This document shows positions 46,883 through 60,799 of a stretch of 64,000 nt of DNA, one piece after another. The stretch comes from Entomortierella parvispora E1425. Lineage: Eukaryota; Fungi; Mortierellomycota. A model generated the notes under the pieces. It saw only the letters and a program-made list of their open reading frames with translations, was not told the origin of the DNA and ran no database searches. Numbering within the stretch: the first letter of the stretch is position 1; each line of letters begins with the position of its first letter. The stretch lies in the NCBI GenBank assembly GCA_020891255.1, contig BQFW01000003.1, positions 1,426,001 through 1,490,000 on the forward strand, written 5' to 3'. The position numbers and the translations under genes are program-made.

Positions 46883-48540
46883 CTATGCCTGAGTGCCCTC
46901 GTTGGAGTCCCGCAGGCGCTTCAGTGCCTTGTTTGACTCGACAATACATTGTTTGAGTCCTGTTTCGAGACCATGCTGCCTTGACTGCTTGTAATACGCC
47001 TGCGCCTTCAATGGATCCCCCTTCATCTATTTTTTTTTTACAAAATACGAAAGGCCGGGCGTTTTGTTAGTCTTTTTTTCCTTTTCCTACACCAGATCAG
47101 GAAAAGTTTGACGGGGGTTTTGAAACGTACCTCATGGAGCATGCCCAGATTGTACAGAATAACACCACAGCCTTCGTCACACTCTTGGCCGCTTTGGTTC
47201 GTGCTGATCTTAAGTCCTCGTTCAGCCCATCCCACAGCATCGTCTACATTGCCAAGTCCTTGTAACGCATCCGAGATATTGCTCCTATTGTATAACGAGA
47301 ACTGTTAGATTCGGCTGTCCTGGACCCATTGGCCATTTGGTTCCATATTTCGATACGTACATAATGACAGCAGCGTGGCAGGATTTGTTATCTACGAGAG
47401 ACAAGGCTCTCATGTAGAGTGGGAGAGCATTCCTATGAACGGTTACGGGAGCATCGTTAATGTTGTCATTCTTTTTTCCTCTGTAAAAAAGAACACCGAA
47501 GGCAATGCGTACGAGTAAATGCCCTTGCTGGCATAGAATCCTCCAAGAGCCTCCAAGCTGGCTCCAAGATCAGTCTTGGTCATCCAGGAAGGAAGGCTTT
47601 CAAAGTTGAATTGCTTCTTCATGGCCTCCCGGTCTCTTGCCATCTGTAGCCTCTCTGCGTCTTCCAAGTCATGGCTGGCGCCTGAGGCATATTGATGTTC
47701 CAATTGTTCATGGTTCTTAAGCAGCTGCTCCACAGACCAGAGGTAATACCGTTCCGCTTGCTGATCCTTCCTCATCAAATGGTACAGGTCACCGAGCTTT
47801 TGTGCGATCCCAACTGTCTTCAGTCGTGTGGGGCCATCCATGATTACACGAGGTCCATGCGTTGATGCTGCTGCTCTAGTCTCCCCAGGAGACCCAGTTT
47901 TGGTATCTTCAAAGGCAGCACCATCACTCTCCGACGATGTCGCAGCTTCTTTGGTCGAATCATCGTTTCCAGTACCCAAAGTCCGTCCGTGGACCAGACA
48001 TTCAAAAGCCATGACAAGAACGTCAATCGCCTCCTGATTCCGTCCCATGTCCTGGAACATGGTGCCCAGTTGGATCATGATTCCTGTGACTTCGGGTCCA
48101 TCAACTTTCAAATCTGGATGTTGCATGGCCGTGTTCAAAGCTGAGCGATAAAACTCAACAGCCTTCTCTCTATCGTCACCATAATTCTGGTAGTAGATTG
48201 CCTTGCGAAGATCGTTTCGGATCCCTTCTGGAAACGCGTTCACGCCTGAGGTATAAAATTGCCAAACACCCATAGCGGTCAAGGAGACGCCTCCAAGGAC
48301 GAGGAGCGCCGCCAATACGGGAGTCATGCGTGATTTCTCCGAGAGTGGCTCTGCTGCTGTCGAAGCGTTAGGCGAAGCCTTGGCGGAGTACAGACGGACG
48401 GATGGTTTTGCCATTGAGTTAATTCTAGGACCGGGGATCCTGTTTCCTGCAGCATGGGTCATTCGAGTCTGCAATGCCGTCCATGATCTCGGGAGAGCTC
48501 TCGCGAGCGAAGTGGATGTAATCCGGGCAGAGCTGATCAT
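46883..48540 (-). CDS. Mitochondrial inner-membrane TPR protein, Mgr3-like (i-AAA protease adaptor)
   Basis: Arg/Ser-rich presequence, a TM helix, then TPR-like helices (LRKAIYY, EVTGIMIQLG, LGASLEALGGFY, ALPLYMRALSL, ILYNLGMLHE). Three short 3' exons end ...NEGTQA*. Confidence 0.65.
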
Positions 48541-51500
48541 GTTTCCTTGTTTCCTGAGGTTTGTTCTGAATGAGGAAGTGCGGTGAATGGTTTATGATGC
48601 GCGCACTTTGCGGGTTGAATGGTGGCTTAGACGAGAGCGAGGAAATAGCGGCTCGCGTCCCGACGCGCTCATTGTTCTGTCTTCGGGCCTTCTTCTTCTT
48701 TCTCCCTTCCTCGACCTGTTTGGAAACAATAGGCGCTTGGACCCTTGACTATGCAGCGCATGGTCCTCTACAAAGTCAAGGGTCCTTCGCTTTAGTTCTC
48801 ACTCACGGTCAGCGGTTGGTTTGCTACGCCGAAGGGAGATGGTCCTTGTTGGGCACTTACTATCAGACAGAGCATTGGTTGCTGGGGAGTGTTCTTCAGA
48901 AGAGTTTTCCTTGTCTATGTCGAACCTTCACTGCCCTAGATGACATCTCATTGTTTGAATCTTTCCTTGCAACCAAGCTGAGGAATGGTTTTCTTTATGT
49001 TTTTCTAACGAATGACCCGTGATTGTGAGCTCTCGCGCGCACTGACCTCCGCAACGGCCTCTTCCTCTTGTTGTTTTGATGAGAAAGACGTGGAGAGAGT
49101 GAGGACCTCCATTTTGTTTGCAATTGGCCAAAAGGGCTATTGTTACCCTATTCGCAGTTTATGACCAACGTCTCTTCTGGGGTCGTGTCGATGCGCTATA
49201 ATGTTTCTTTGTCATAACAAACGGTTGAGGGTCCTCTCCATCATTTATTTTAGAAACACATAATAACGAATGCCAATCAAAGTTGACAAGGAGGATAGCT
49301 CGCATTTGTAAGAATTTCTCCGTTATTCATTCCTTCTCCCTTTCCCTGCAGATTGGGCTTTGTCTTCAGGACGTCAGTGCACGAGCTTGTAATGTACGAG
49401 GTGCAAACTACATGGACAGAACCCTATAGTAGCCAAAAACAAACAAGCGTCCATGCATGCACCAGACCATCCCCCTGCCTTCTTCCATTAGTTCCTCCAC
49501 ATTTCTTCGCTCAAGGGACGAAATGGACACGAAGAAAGAGATGCGAGGGCGAAGAAAACGGCTCGGAGCTCTTTGTACCACTTTTTTTAATCCAAAGAAT
49601 CCAGGACATCCGCTTGACGAACTAAGATCCTGCAACATTGGCATCGAATGTAGGTGCTCCACAAGTTTTTAAAATAGAAACAAAATATCACGCCACTCTA
49701 CTACCCTGTGTAAAGTCGCATGCCAGAAAGAGATCCTACCCTGCCTCCCTTGGTCAGTCAATGAACCATTTGGTTATCGATGCTTTATCATCAACAGTGT
49801 ACATGTACAACAATGTGGAGAAACTGCAGAAGGAAATACGGATCGTTACCTATGCAAAGTACCGTGCCTACGACATCAGCGGCAGCATGACGAAGCAACC
49901 GAGAATTGAGTAATTCCCGAGCCAACAACAATTGCGCCTTACATGGAATGTACAACGGCCGTTCGTAAGAAGGACCATTGGATCGCTCCAAATGTCAATC
50001 TTTGCACGCATGCGCATGCACATGTAGTTTGTTGGCCCCACATCATCCTTCCTTGAAAAAGCAAAAGCAAAAGGCAAAAGGCAAAAGTAGCCTAACAAGT
50101 ATGAAAAAGAAGGTATGCGAAAATGTAAAACCGTTGCCCATCAGGCGAAAAAGGGCGCGGGAACGTAGCACAAACGGACGGAGGATGGGACATGGCCTGG
50201 GCGCTCAAAAGCGCGGAGAGAGATACAAAAAAAAAGCTCAGAGGTAGTTCTCGCCCAGTAGGCAAGCCAAGCCAATCGTGCACTTAGGGAATGGTCCATC
50301 CACCAACGCGTCCTCGACGATTTCACGCGTGTCCGGTGACAGCAACAGTGGCAACAAACAACGCCCCTAGCCCCTGCCCCTTCTTGCGGCTCTTGCCGAG
50401 GCCACGCGCTTGAATTCAGAGGGGGAGGAAGAAGAGTAAGAGGAATCAAGCCCAAGCCCTCATCGGATGTCCTCTACAGATTATCAAAAGTGTACAAAAA
50501 AAAAAAGAGATCCAGATCCCACAGTCTTTTACTTCACTCAAAATGATGCAGTTTGTAACACCACAAAACCGACTGCTCCCGCTTTCCTCTCCATCCTCCA
50601 CTTTCTTATCCCACGTCCGCGACTTTCTTAGTAATATAGAATCACAAAAGCACCTGTTTACGCCCTCGGGTTGGTATGCGTTGGATTTTAGTATGTCACT
50701 TTCGCAGAAACGAGAAAAGTAGACCGCGGGCGCTCATCGCCTTGTCCTTGGCTGCACAGGCTGGGCCAATGGCAACCAGGTCAACTCTCTGGGCTGAAGA
50801 AAGCGAACAATAACAAAAGTCAAGAAACCAACATCATTTCGTGGAGTGTGAGTCTGTCTGTTGCCGGCTCTAGAAAAACTCTGCGCTGATCTCTCCTGGG
50901 CGAATCCGTGCTGACATATGACAATGACAATTTCTAATCCACAAGGAGCATTCCGGGCATTGCTCGCTTGGTGCTCTCGAAGTGGCACACAGTCATGATG
51001 GTACATTATAGACTATTTCTGTTCACGCACAAGAGAAAGTAATTGGGGCTTGTCAGTTTGAACCATCGGCAAGTTTATTCGTCTACTGGCGGCAAACGCC
51101 TCTGAGGATACGATTCTCCCTGAGCTTTGGTTAGAAAAGGAAGTCTGGTGGTTAAGTTACTTGAGTAAGTAAAGGAGGAAGAACGACGCTTTCTCTTACT
51201 GCATTATCCTCGCAGATATCAACTAATCCTTTGGTGATGGTAAGTCTTCATGTTCCGGTACTTGAAATAACTGGTGCCTCCTCCAGTCATCGTCCCCGCG
51301 TATTCCGCCTTCTTGACCTTGTTCAAGGGTCTCCCCAGGATATTTAATGGACTCGACCCAACTCCACAGCCCAAATACTCCTGAAGTTCTCATTTGATTT
51401 CCTCGCATCATCCTTGACATCTTTGTCCCCAGGTTCCCAGCTGCCCCCTACTTATTTTCTACTATTTTTTTTTTTTTTTTTTGGTTCTTCGATCTGCAGG

Positions 51501-54276
51501 TTCATTGGTTCTATTCGAAGGTCTCTTCAGACCCCATGCTGCCGTATAACGCTCGGAGATAACATGTGGAGGCTTCTTATCGTTGGCCATCGTTGGCCTG
51601 GATTATCAAGCGACCTCCGGGTTCTGGCAGCTTCCAGTCCTCTGTAGGCGCCTTCAAAAATCCAAGACTTGCTAACCGTTGACGCGATGTCCCCAATGTG
51701 GCAACTTTTTTTGTGTGCTCCCATGAATCAAACCGATTGGCAGTCAGCCAATCCTCAAGCACAACAAATTGTGCTGAGACGGGGATTGCCGTTAACAAAC
51801 AAAGTGTTGAGGTGGCCAACTGACATTCTCTTTTAAGTGAACAGAAGAGGGTGGAGGAGGGCGCGGGAGCGTGGGGCCCGCTCCAAAAGAGGTGAGTACC
51901 TTAAAGTGAAGGAGGAGAGCAACGGATTTTTTTTTTTTTGGAGAAACTGACCATGAATTTCACCCACAATGCAAAACGCGTTTAGACTCGATCCGTCGCG
52001 TCTCTTGTGTCTTGTACCTTCTGGAGGACATTTTCCTTGCTTCCGTGGAGGAAGCGTGGGAGCGATTGGCCATCGATAGCGTGTATACTCGGAAGGGAAG
52101 CGAGAGGGTGGCCACATGCAATTATAATAACATGTCCAGAGAGCTCCCTTTGCGTGATTTCTTTGTCTCTTCGTCCCCAGAGCATCTCCCCACATGGCGG
52201 CGCGCGAATCCTTGTGATAGTCTATCCTTGGTCAAATACTCAACTCAACGGTGTAACAGATCGTAGACCAAATATCAATATAGGACCCGGACTGGCACCC
52301 CGATGAACTAAATTGCCATGAGCAGTGCATATCGTATACAAGTAGAGTACTTGAATTGTCATCACTTTTGACTTACATTTGTCATGTGTACGAGGCGGGG
52401 AGCACCTCCTTGCTGCTGGATGGCAGATCCCCTGTGACATTGCTCAGTAAAACAATGGGGAAAGGCTAATATCTGTATGTTTTGTAGAGCATCTCTCTAT
52501 TGTAGACGGACCTGGGACTCGAGAGCCAGCACATAGAGTCATTTGATAATGAGACGAAGATCTCCCCAACCATGCGGGCCTGGTTTGCCTCATGCAATTC
52601 TTGAGGCCAGAAAGCAAACCCCTTCAGATCTATTTCTTGTCACTAGGCACTCCAAATACGGCTGCGCTGTTGCATATCGCGCCATTGTTGACGTTGAGAG
52701 AGGTGTATCATTGCCCAGATATTATTCCCACACCTCCAGGATTAGGTCGTGATAGATTGATATTGTTGTTCCGCAATATACCTTCGTTGCTCATTTTCAA
52801 GGACACTAGACATGCTCGCTCACACAACGCGGAAGGAGGGTGGGATGTTCATGATGATCGGGACTCCTGGGCGAATGGGGCCTGAGCAGAGCAATGCCTA
52901 ATTCAGTAAGGTTACAAAAGAAGGAAAAGAGTGGAGAGATCCAAGCGAGAGATGGGATCTGACTGAACTTTGTTCCTCAAGCGGAGCTGAGAGAACCGAG
53001 AACCGAGGACCAACAACGATCGACGAGGACCTCGCGTCCATAGCCTGGAACCTTCGTACAAGGTTTTCTGGAATAAGCTTCTTTTCTCAGCGAAGAAAGT
53101 GGAGAAGGAAAAAACTGACAAAAAATCGTCTTCACTCTTCCTCCCTGCTGCTGATCTTGTCGATAGGGTCCCCGCTGTTCTTTTCTTTCGATTTCTCAGC
53201 TGTCGGTTTTGCTGCAGCCAAGAACTAAACCCCTGCTCTAATCTGAGCCTGGCGCCCCGGCTTCCTAAAACTCCAGTTCACGGAGGGGGGAGAAGGGGGA
53301 ACTGTCCCTTAATGGCACATGCTAATCTAACCACTCATGCCGACTCCAACTTGGGGCGAAGGGGTGAGCGATCCAAAGTCGTGCTAAAAAACCTGTTTGG
53401 TTCGTTGACCTTGATCAATCAAAATGGCGGTGTGCTTGCTTTCTTCACAGGTTTCGATCGGTTAGACTGTGGAGAGAGCATGGTTTTTTTTTCTTTTTTT
53501 TTCTTTTTCACTAACATCAGCATTGAAAGTTTGCTGTGCCTCTATCTCTCAGGAAAAAGACCACCCAATCCAGGGGGTTGCAGATAGGAGGATAGCTAAA
53601 GAATAAAAAAAGCCAAGTGTCACCTGCGGTCTTCTTGTCCTTCCTTCTCTCTTTTTCTCCAACGGCTGTTGTGGACGGTCAGCACTCCAACGGATGTCTC
53701 ATTGACAGTGAAAACAGGAGCGGCGCGGATCTCGACTCTTTCTTCATTCTGTGTTCTGCATATCTGTGGAGCATTGCAGCGATAGATAACAAACAAAATG
53801 GATTGAAAGAGATCCCTCATTCTGGGCCATGCAGGCAAGTGCGAGGTCACACCACGCCAAAGTGGCGACACATAGTCCTCTCCAAGGCAATGGACGCCGG
53901 GATCCCACACTGCGGGGCTGGTACATGTGGTTCCAGTTCCGTCGTACAATGGGTCACTGTCCCTGGACATGTGTCCATGCTGCGAACACGTGTCGGCAAG
54001 AGGTATATGTCTCGTTTTTCCCATCGGAGAGAGAAGGAGATCCTCTGGAGGGTGGCGATGGAGTGATAGTGACGAAGCCACGCTGGACTTTTTGAGTTGT
54101 TTCAGAGGATCAAAGTGATCGATCGGGGGTTCCTGACTTTTCGAGCCGCAGATCGACTTCGGTACTAGGGAGCTGGGCAGTCCACCAGTGCGTCCTATCT
54201 TTCGCATTGTGGAGAGAAGAGGAACCAGAGGGAGAAAGATCCTTGGTAGAGTCCATGCACTAAGAGGAAGACACTG

Positions 54277-54410
<134 letters not shown>

Positions 54411-57400
54411 AACAAAAAAAAACTTCCTTGAATCTGCACCTCTGACACGTGAAAGCCTAATCTTTGGATTTTGACTTCAATTCAGCGATTGAATCGAGGC
54501 GGCAGTGATCTGAGCGCGAATTTCAATCACCAAGAAAAGAGAAAAAGGTCGTGCACGAAAAGCACAAACAAAAAACGTCTTTTTAGTCGTTTGTTGATTT
54601 TTCGATGTTATTCGTGCTGTTGTCAGATTCATCGCAGGAAATGAATTGGAGTGAATACCAACCTCAGAGCAGGGCATGAGAAGAAAAAAAAAACGGAGGG
54701 CGATGGGGTGGCCGGAGCCAACCTCTCCTGGACACACGTTGTGAGTCTATTCTGCCCATCCATGGCACTATTCGACCGCACTCCATCCAATCTCCGTGGA
54801 GGCTGGATCAGTCACTGCAGGAGTGGTGGCCATAACGCCATGTCTTGGAGTGAGAAACATTCGAGCCGAGGACGTTCGAGCGCAGATCTGTCGTACATTT
54901 TTTATTCCCACTATCTATCCCTATTAGTTAATCTAGTTTTGAAGTCAATTGGCAACAAACAGGAATAAAAACGTAATAAAAAAGCCGGCAGACACGGGTA
55001 TCTTGCCGCCCCTTTTGTCAAATGGGTCGAGTGACAGCACCGTGGCAATATGGTGAATTGCTGGCTTATAGAGCCACCTCCTTCTCCCACTCTGACACGC
55101 TGCTGCTCCTCCACCCTGTCCTCCATTCTCCGCCTGTTTACAACTGATTCTGGACACGCCATTTCATTCCAGTGGCGATCAAACACAATAAAAATCCCTG
55201 GTCGAGTGTTCATCTCATTCGTGCTCAACAGGTCCAGCGTGAAAAAAAGGAGTGCAGCAGAGAGGCTCCAGAGAAGACACAGACTCCGTCCCTAATGTTG
55301 AATTGTGGCCGACATGTGTCAGTCAAGTCTTCACTCTCTTCTTTACCCTTGGGTCCATTAGCTTAAAGAGCATGCGCTTGCTACATTCAGACCATTGGGG
55401 CCAGGCGAGGCAAATACAATGGATAGCGCTGTAGGTGCACCATTCGATTCCATTAACTGTCCCCTGCTGCTCGGTGTCGTGGCACGCCTGTTTGTGTCCC
55501 TTTCCGATGTGCAAAGAATGAGTGTTGGATGGTCAGTATCTGTCTCCTCCACCAAAAGGGGGACATCTAATCGACCGCCGTACTCTGAAGGCGGACTCTT
55601 TTTTTTTTTCTTTTTTCATTTTTTTTTCATCATAGTTGATCCGGTTCGTCCAGCACTGATGAAGAAAACAAGGAAAAAAAAAGATGTGGTTGTCCTTCAA
55701 CAAGTCTTGCTTTCCTCCTCCCTTTTGTTTGCTCGTTGTTTTGTTCACGTCCCCCTTGTTCGGTAGATGTTTGACTGATTATCTCGGATGATGGGTTCAT
55801 TTTTGGGCATTGCATGGTATGGAACAAGGGCGATAACAGAAGCCAGAGACAGGTCATTGAGGGTGAGGGGTAGCCGTCGTTTAGAGAGGGCCTTCCAAGA
55901 GGGACTGAAGGAACGACACGGCAAGACAGATAAAGTGCGAGTTGCACTTTGCTTTCCCATCCTTTCCAGCAGCGTCATTGAAAGGGTGGCGGGTTATTTA
56001 TTTTTATTCAGTAGTATGGTTTCCTTATCTCGAGCAAGGGAGCAGAATGGCAATCCGCCTGCCATCCTCTCCCCCTCTGGCCCATTCCACGGCGTGGAGC
56101 ACAGCTTCGGCCACTCCTTTGGTTCACGCAGTGTCAGGTCAATCCGACTCAATGGACAAAGATTGAATTGGCGCGATGATACAATATTGCTATTCAATGG
56201 CCTATCTCTCGTTCCACTGTCTCTCGCAAACATATGAAATAGTCGTCGTAAGAAAAGCATGGGGAACGGAGCAAGCGAAGCAAGGACCATGTCCCCTTCT
56301 CATCCCTCTTACTCGGTCCGTCCTATAAAAGGTCCTCGTTCCCCCCACGGCCTCGCCTCTCTTCTGGTTGCTTCCCTTTTGCCTTTTCCTTCTCCTGGTG
56401 CTTCTGCCGCTCCATTCTTCCTCCCACTATCTTCATCTATTCTCTTTCTTCTTTCTCCACCTCCACTTCCTCCTCCTTTGATCGCTTTTCTGCTGGCTTG
56501 CTCCGTCTTTCTCATTCGTCGAGCACAACAGCAATCAGCCTTCCCATTCTCTCCTTTCCTGTTTGCATTCCTCTTGTTCATTCAGCCGACTGCATTCATT
56601 CCCCCTTCCGTTACGATCTACTTTGGTAAGTGTGATACTCCTTCCTCTCCGATTATATCTCCTTTTGCATCTATATGCAGCGCACAGTCGTGCTCAGCCA
56701 TGCCACAATACCATTGTGAACTACAGACCGGTTCGCGTTGACCCTCGTCCACCACGCGGCTCTCTTCCCCTTCCCCAACACATGTCTCTCTCGGTCTGTT
56801 TCTGGCCTTTTTGGCTTCTAGTTTTTTTTGCTCTTATTTTTTTCTTTGTTCATTCAAATCACACAATAACAAATCGCCTGCCGAACGAGCCAAAAACAGA
56901 AGACATGGTCAGGGCACATCCACATAAAGGGTTCACACGCAGACTGCAGCCAAGTGGAGCGAGGGCATGCCCACAAAGCATTGGTTATCGTTTGTTGACA
57001 CAATGGGTTGCTAGATCGTTGTGCTATTGGCCTCTTCCTTGCATCACTTTTCTTTGTCTTCCAAGTTGGGCATTGTTGGCTCTTTTTTTTTCTTTCTTTC
57101 CGTTCCCTGGCCACCATCGATCTTTCATTTCCCAACGTACCGGAAGTGTTCCCAGAGTGTGTGCATCATGCAACCCGCGGTCTTTCTCCACAAACCCCAT
57201 ACACCCATCTCAAAAAACAACAACACCATCTGTATTCCCAATGAACACAAACAACACTCTTGGCCAGTTCTCAACGGTTATTCTTGATACAATGGTTCTT
57301 TTTCTTCATCTCGTCTCGTCTTGCTATCTTGTACATACGAAAAAATACTGAATGGTCAGGAAGGATGGGAAAGAGGCGGGGGGGGGGGGAGCGAAAACGG

Positions 57401-57848
57401 GAGACAACGAAAGCCTTTCGGTCTATTCTGCTCGTGTTTTGCCAGTACTGGATTGCGCATGGACAACCTGTCGGTTGTACTCTCGGTCACCCTGACTGAG
57501 TCGAGTCAGCAAGACGCCCCCTGTCCCTCCTTGTCTCTCTTTTCCCCCTTTGATGACCGTGGGTCTGTTCATGCTCCGTGCTCGTTTCTTCGTTCGCTCA
57601 CTCCCTCGCTCATTCACACATGATTGTGGTGTATCTGAACCCTGCCAGGCAATTGTGATTGCTCCTCTTCCTTTCTCTTTCCCTCTCTCTCTCTCTCTCT
57701 AATCTGTTCTTTCGAATACCCCCCTCTTTCAAACAATCACTCCTCGTTCATCCTCTCCCCTTTTCAATTGTACCAGCCTTGCTATCTTGCTCACCATTCA
57801 ACCTCTCTTTTCCCACTCACGACCTTGTCGACCTCATAGCTAGCCATA

Positions 57849-59402
57849 ATGACCAACAAGCGAAACAACAAGACCACTCGCTACACCGCGGCTCCTCCTC
57901 CTCCCGTCGTTGCTCGCCACAACTCTTCAGACTCTGAAGACTCGGATGTCGAGGACCGCTCTCACTCCCGCACGTCAACCTCCTCCGTGGAGGAAGATCA
58001 GGTCAAGCAGAACGGCAATGGTGTACACGCTGAGAAGGGTGCTGTCTCTGCTACCTTTATCTCGCGTGTGAGCTCCATCCCCGTGATTCACGACGGCTTC
58101 TCGACTCTGCACTCCTATGCCAAGGACAACAAGTACAGTCGCTACGCCCTCGACACTGCTGGATCTGCGGTCGAGACTGTCAACAAGTACACTGAGGGCT
58201 ACCAAAGCCGCCTTCAGCCCCATCTTCAGCCCCACATCTCCAAGGTTGATCAGCTCGCCACAAAGTCTCTTGACATCTTGCAGAACCGCTTCCCCATCGT
58301 CTCCAAGCCTACGGCTGAGATTGTGACCCAGGTTAAGAAGCCCTATGTGTACGTTGAAGAGTCGTCCAAGAATGCCTATACCCAGATCCAGTCGACGATC
58401 GATACCCGTGTTACCGCCCCTGTCAAGGCCGTGACCTCTAGCATCGCCACTACGGCCGCCTCGACTCGCGACCAGATCACCACGGTTGCCACTTCGACCC
58501 GCGACCAGATCACCACTGCGGCTACCTCGACCCGCGACCAGATCACCACTGCGGCTACCTCGACCCGCGATCAGATCACCACCGTGGCCACCTCCACAGC
58601 CACAACTATTGCTACCTCGGTCAACACCCGTGCTACGCCACTGGTCAATGGACTCGAGCACATTGTCAACCGTCTTTTGCCCGCTGATGCCGAAACCAAG
58701 GCCGAGGAGACCGCCACTACCCAGAGCAACCAGGCTGTTCGCGTCGTTGACATCGGTCGCTCCGTCTCCCTTCGCGTCTCGCGCCGCGTTAGTGTTGCCG
58801 TCTCTCCTGTGACGAAACAAGCCCAGGAGTTGCGTGCTGCTGCTGAGAAGAACACGGTTGTGGTCAAGTCCAAGGACCAGATCCATGCCTTGAACACCCG
58901 CTTGACAGCGCTGTTGGAGAGCCTTCGTGCACACACCAAGGAGCTCCAGGAGAACGTTCAGAAGGCACCTCGTGAGGCCTCGACCCGCGTCCAGACCCGC
59001 GTCTCAGAGTTGAGCACCAAGGTCCTCGCCGAGGTTGACTCTTTGTCTTTGTACCTGAAGGAGCACAGCCCAGCCCTTCCCGAGTATGTCCAAGTTCGTC
59101 TCCAGCCCTTGGTGACGTTTGTGAATGACCGCTATGTGATTGTAAAGAGCGAGATTGTGAAGAAGGATGTGTCGGCTGTCCAGAAGGCCCGCAACATCTT
59201 GCACTTGACTACAGAGGAGACCCTCCCTATCTTGCAGAGCGCTGCCCAGGATGTCCGTAACTCCTTGGTCGGTTACCAGGTCAAGGTCCAGGAGACTATC
59301 CACCAGGGCCTCGTCAAGGTCCAGGAGGTTAACTCATCGGCGCGTTTGGCCGCTCATCGCTCTTACCACAATGTGCGAATTATTCTTGTCGGATCAAAGT
59401 AG
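57849..59402 (+). CDS. Perilipin-like lipid droplet protein (PAT domain), 517 aa, with 11-aa tandem repeats
   Basis: PAT-like segment FISRVSSIPVIHDG...KVDQLATKSLDILQNRFP; four STRDQITT(A/V)AT repeats (33 bp); helical C-terminal region. Confidence 0.75.
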   Translation: MTNKRNNKTTRYTAAPPPPVVARHNSSDSEDSDVEDRSHSRTSTSSVEEDQVKQNGNGVHAEKGAVSATFISRVSSIPVIHDGFSTLHSYAKDNKYSRYALDTAGSAVETVNKYTEGYQSRLQPHLQPHISKVDQLATKSLDILQNRFPIVSKPTAEIVTQVKKPYVYVEESSKNAYTQIQSTIDTRVTAPVKAVTSSIATTAASTRDQITTVATSTRDQITTAATSTRDQITTAATSTRDQITTVATSTATTIATSVNTRATPLVNGLEHIVNRLLPADAETKAEETATTQSNQAVRVVDIGRSVSLRVSRRVSVAVSPVTKQAQELRAAAEKNTVVVKSKDQIHALNTRLTALLESLRAHTKELQENVQKAPREASTRVQTRVSELSTKVLAEVDSLSLYLKEHSPALPEYVQVRLQPLVTFVNDRYVIVKSEIVKKDVSAVQKARNILHLTTEETLPILQSAAQDVRNSLVGYQVKVQETIHQGLVKVQEVNSSARLAAHRSYHNVRIILVGSK

Positions 59403-60799
59403 ATTTTTTTTTGTTCAAAGAAAAAAGATTGTTTTCCTGCGACGGGCCAGTCCCCTCCGTTTTTCATTCACATTGTCATCATAAACCTCACGAACCATTT
59501 GCACTATGTCGTTTTGTTGTTGATTTTTTTTGATACTGATGTTTCTGCTTTGTTCTCCGCTTTCCATCCGCCAAAGCGGGAAGAGGACCGCGGGAAGCGG
59601 TGCACGAGTCATTGGAGACACACACGGACGGATTTTTTCCTACTTTCTTGTGCCAATTGGTGCTGATGAACGTGCAACCTTCATGATGGTTGGCGGGCAA
59701 AAGAGGGTTGACGAAAAGATAACATATTGAAAAGGCGTAGGAAGATCATTGATTTGGTGCACGGGTCAAAACGTTGATCAGTTCCAACCTGTGTGTAGGA
59801 CTCCCTGCGGTTGTGATGAAAAAAAGATTCTTGATCTCGGGCAATAATATTGGCCACACATGGAAAACCAGCCGTTCAAGACGCCTGTTCATTATGGTAG
59901 GTCATGCCCATCTCTTCTTCGAAAAGGATTACTCTGTGTTTTATTGTGACTATCAGGTAGAAATGACCAAGAGAAAATTTATTAATATGGCGCTCAGTTG
60001 TAATTGACGAGACAGAAAGCAGATTTGACCTGAGAATACTTACATAAGTTGAGAGAGAACTCAATTCCTGACATGGGATCGACTCGCGATACATGTGGAA
60101 GGTTTTGATCCAGACCTATGGTGCTGGTGTTCGTTCGGGGGTGCGACCAAAGAATGGTGCCTGTTCGCAAAAAATATACGCAAAAGATATTCGCAAGTCT
60201 AGAGTATGGCGGGTGGGGGTGGAAGTTAGTTTTGGATCATCATGTGCCCATCAAAGGATCAGTGCTGATCAAACTCTCTCGAACGAACATGCAAACTGCA
60301 AGTAGACTCGTGTTCGCAAGGAGAGACCGCATCACGCAGGTCTCTGATGGAGTCTAGATGACGACAGTATGAGAAGTGAGCGTTGAGTGACCATCTCTAC
60401 AGCACCAACGCAAAAGACAAGGTCTAACGACCTCGTCCGCTCCACAGCGAGGCACTGCCTTTGTTCTCCAAAGCTTTTACACGAACCTGAAGGTTATATA
60501 CGGAGGCAAGGAACGATCGCGAGACGAAGGAAAGTCAGTATGGATGCTCTAAATAGCAACAACCTCTAGCAAGGCTCCTTGGTACAAAACTTCCAAAAAG
60601 AGCAGAACACGTACCTCTTCTCCCTCCTCTCCTCACGTCGACCTCCTTCAGCTGCTGGTATGTGTAGGTGTGTCTGAATATATGTGTTTAAGTGTGGTGG
60701 GATTGTTGTTGTTTGGGAAGGGGGGGAGAGGCAAAGGTTCAGAACTGTCGTTGGTGGCAAAAAAAGGGCTTATATGTAGCCAACGTACGTATAGATCAC

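Noticed and set aside
59870-60200. Splice-flanked open segment on the minus strand (TILWSHPRTN...IEFSLNL|GTAAG)
   Set aside because: No recognisable family and no convincing start exon.
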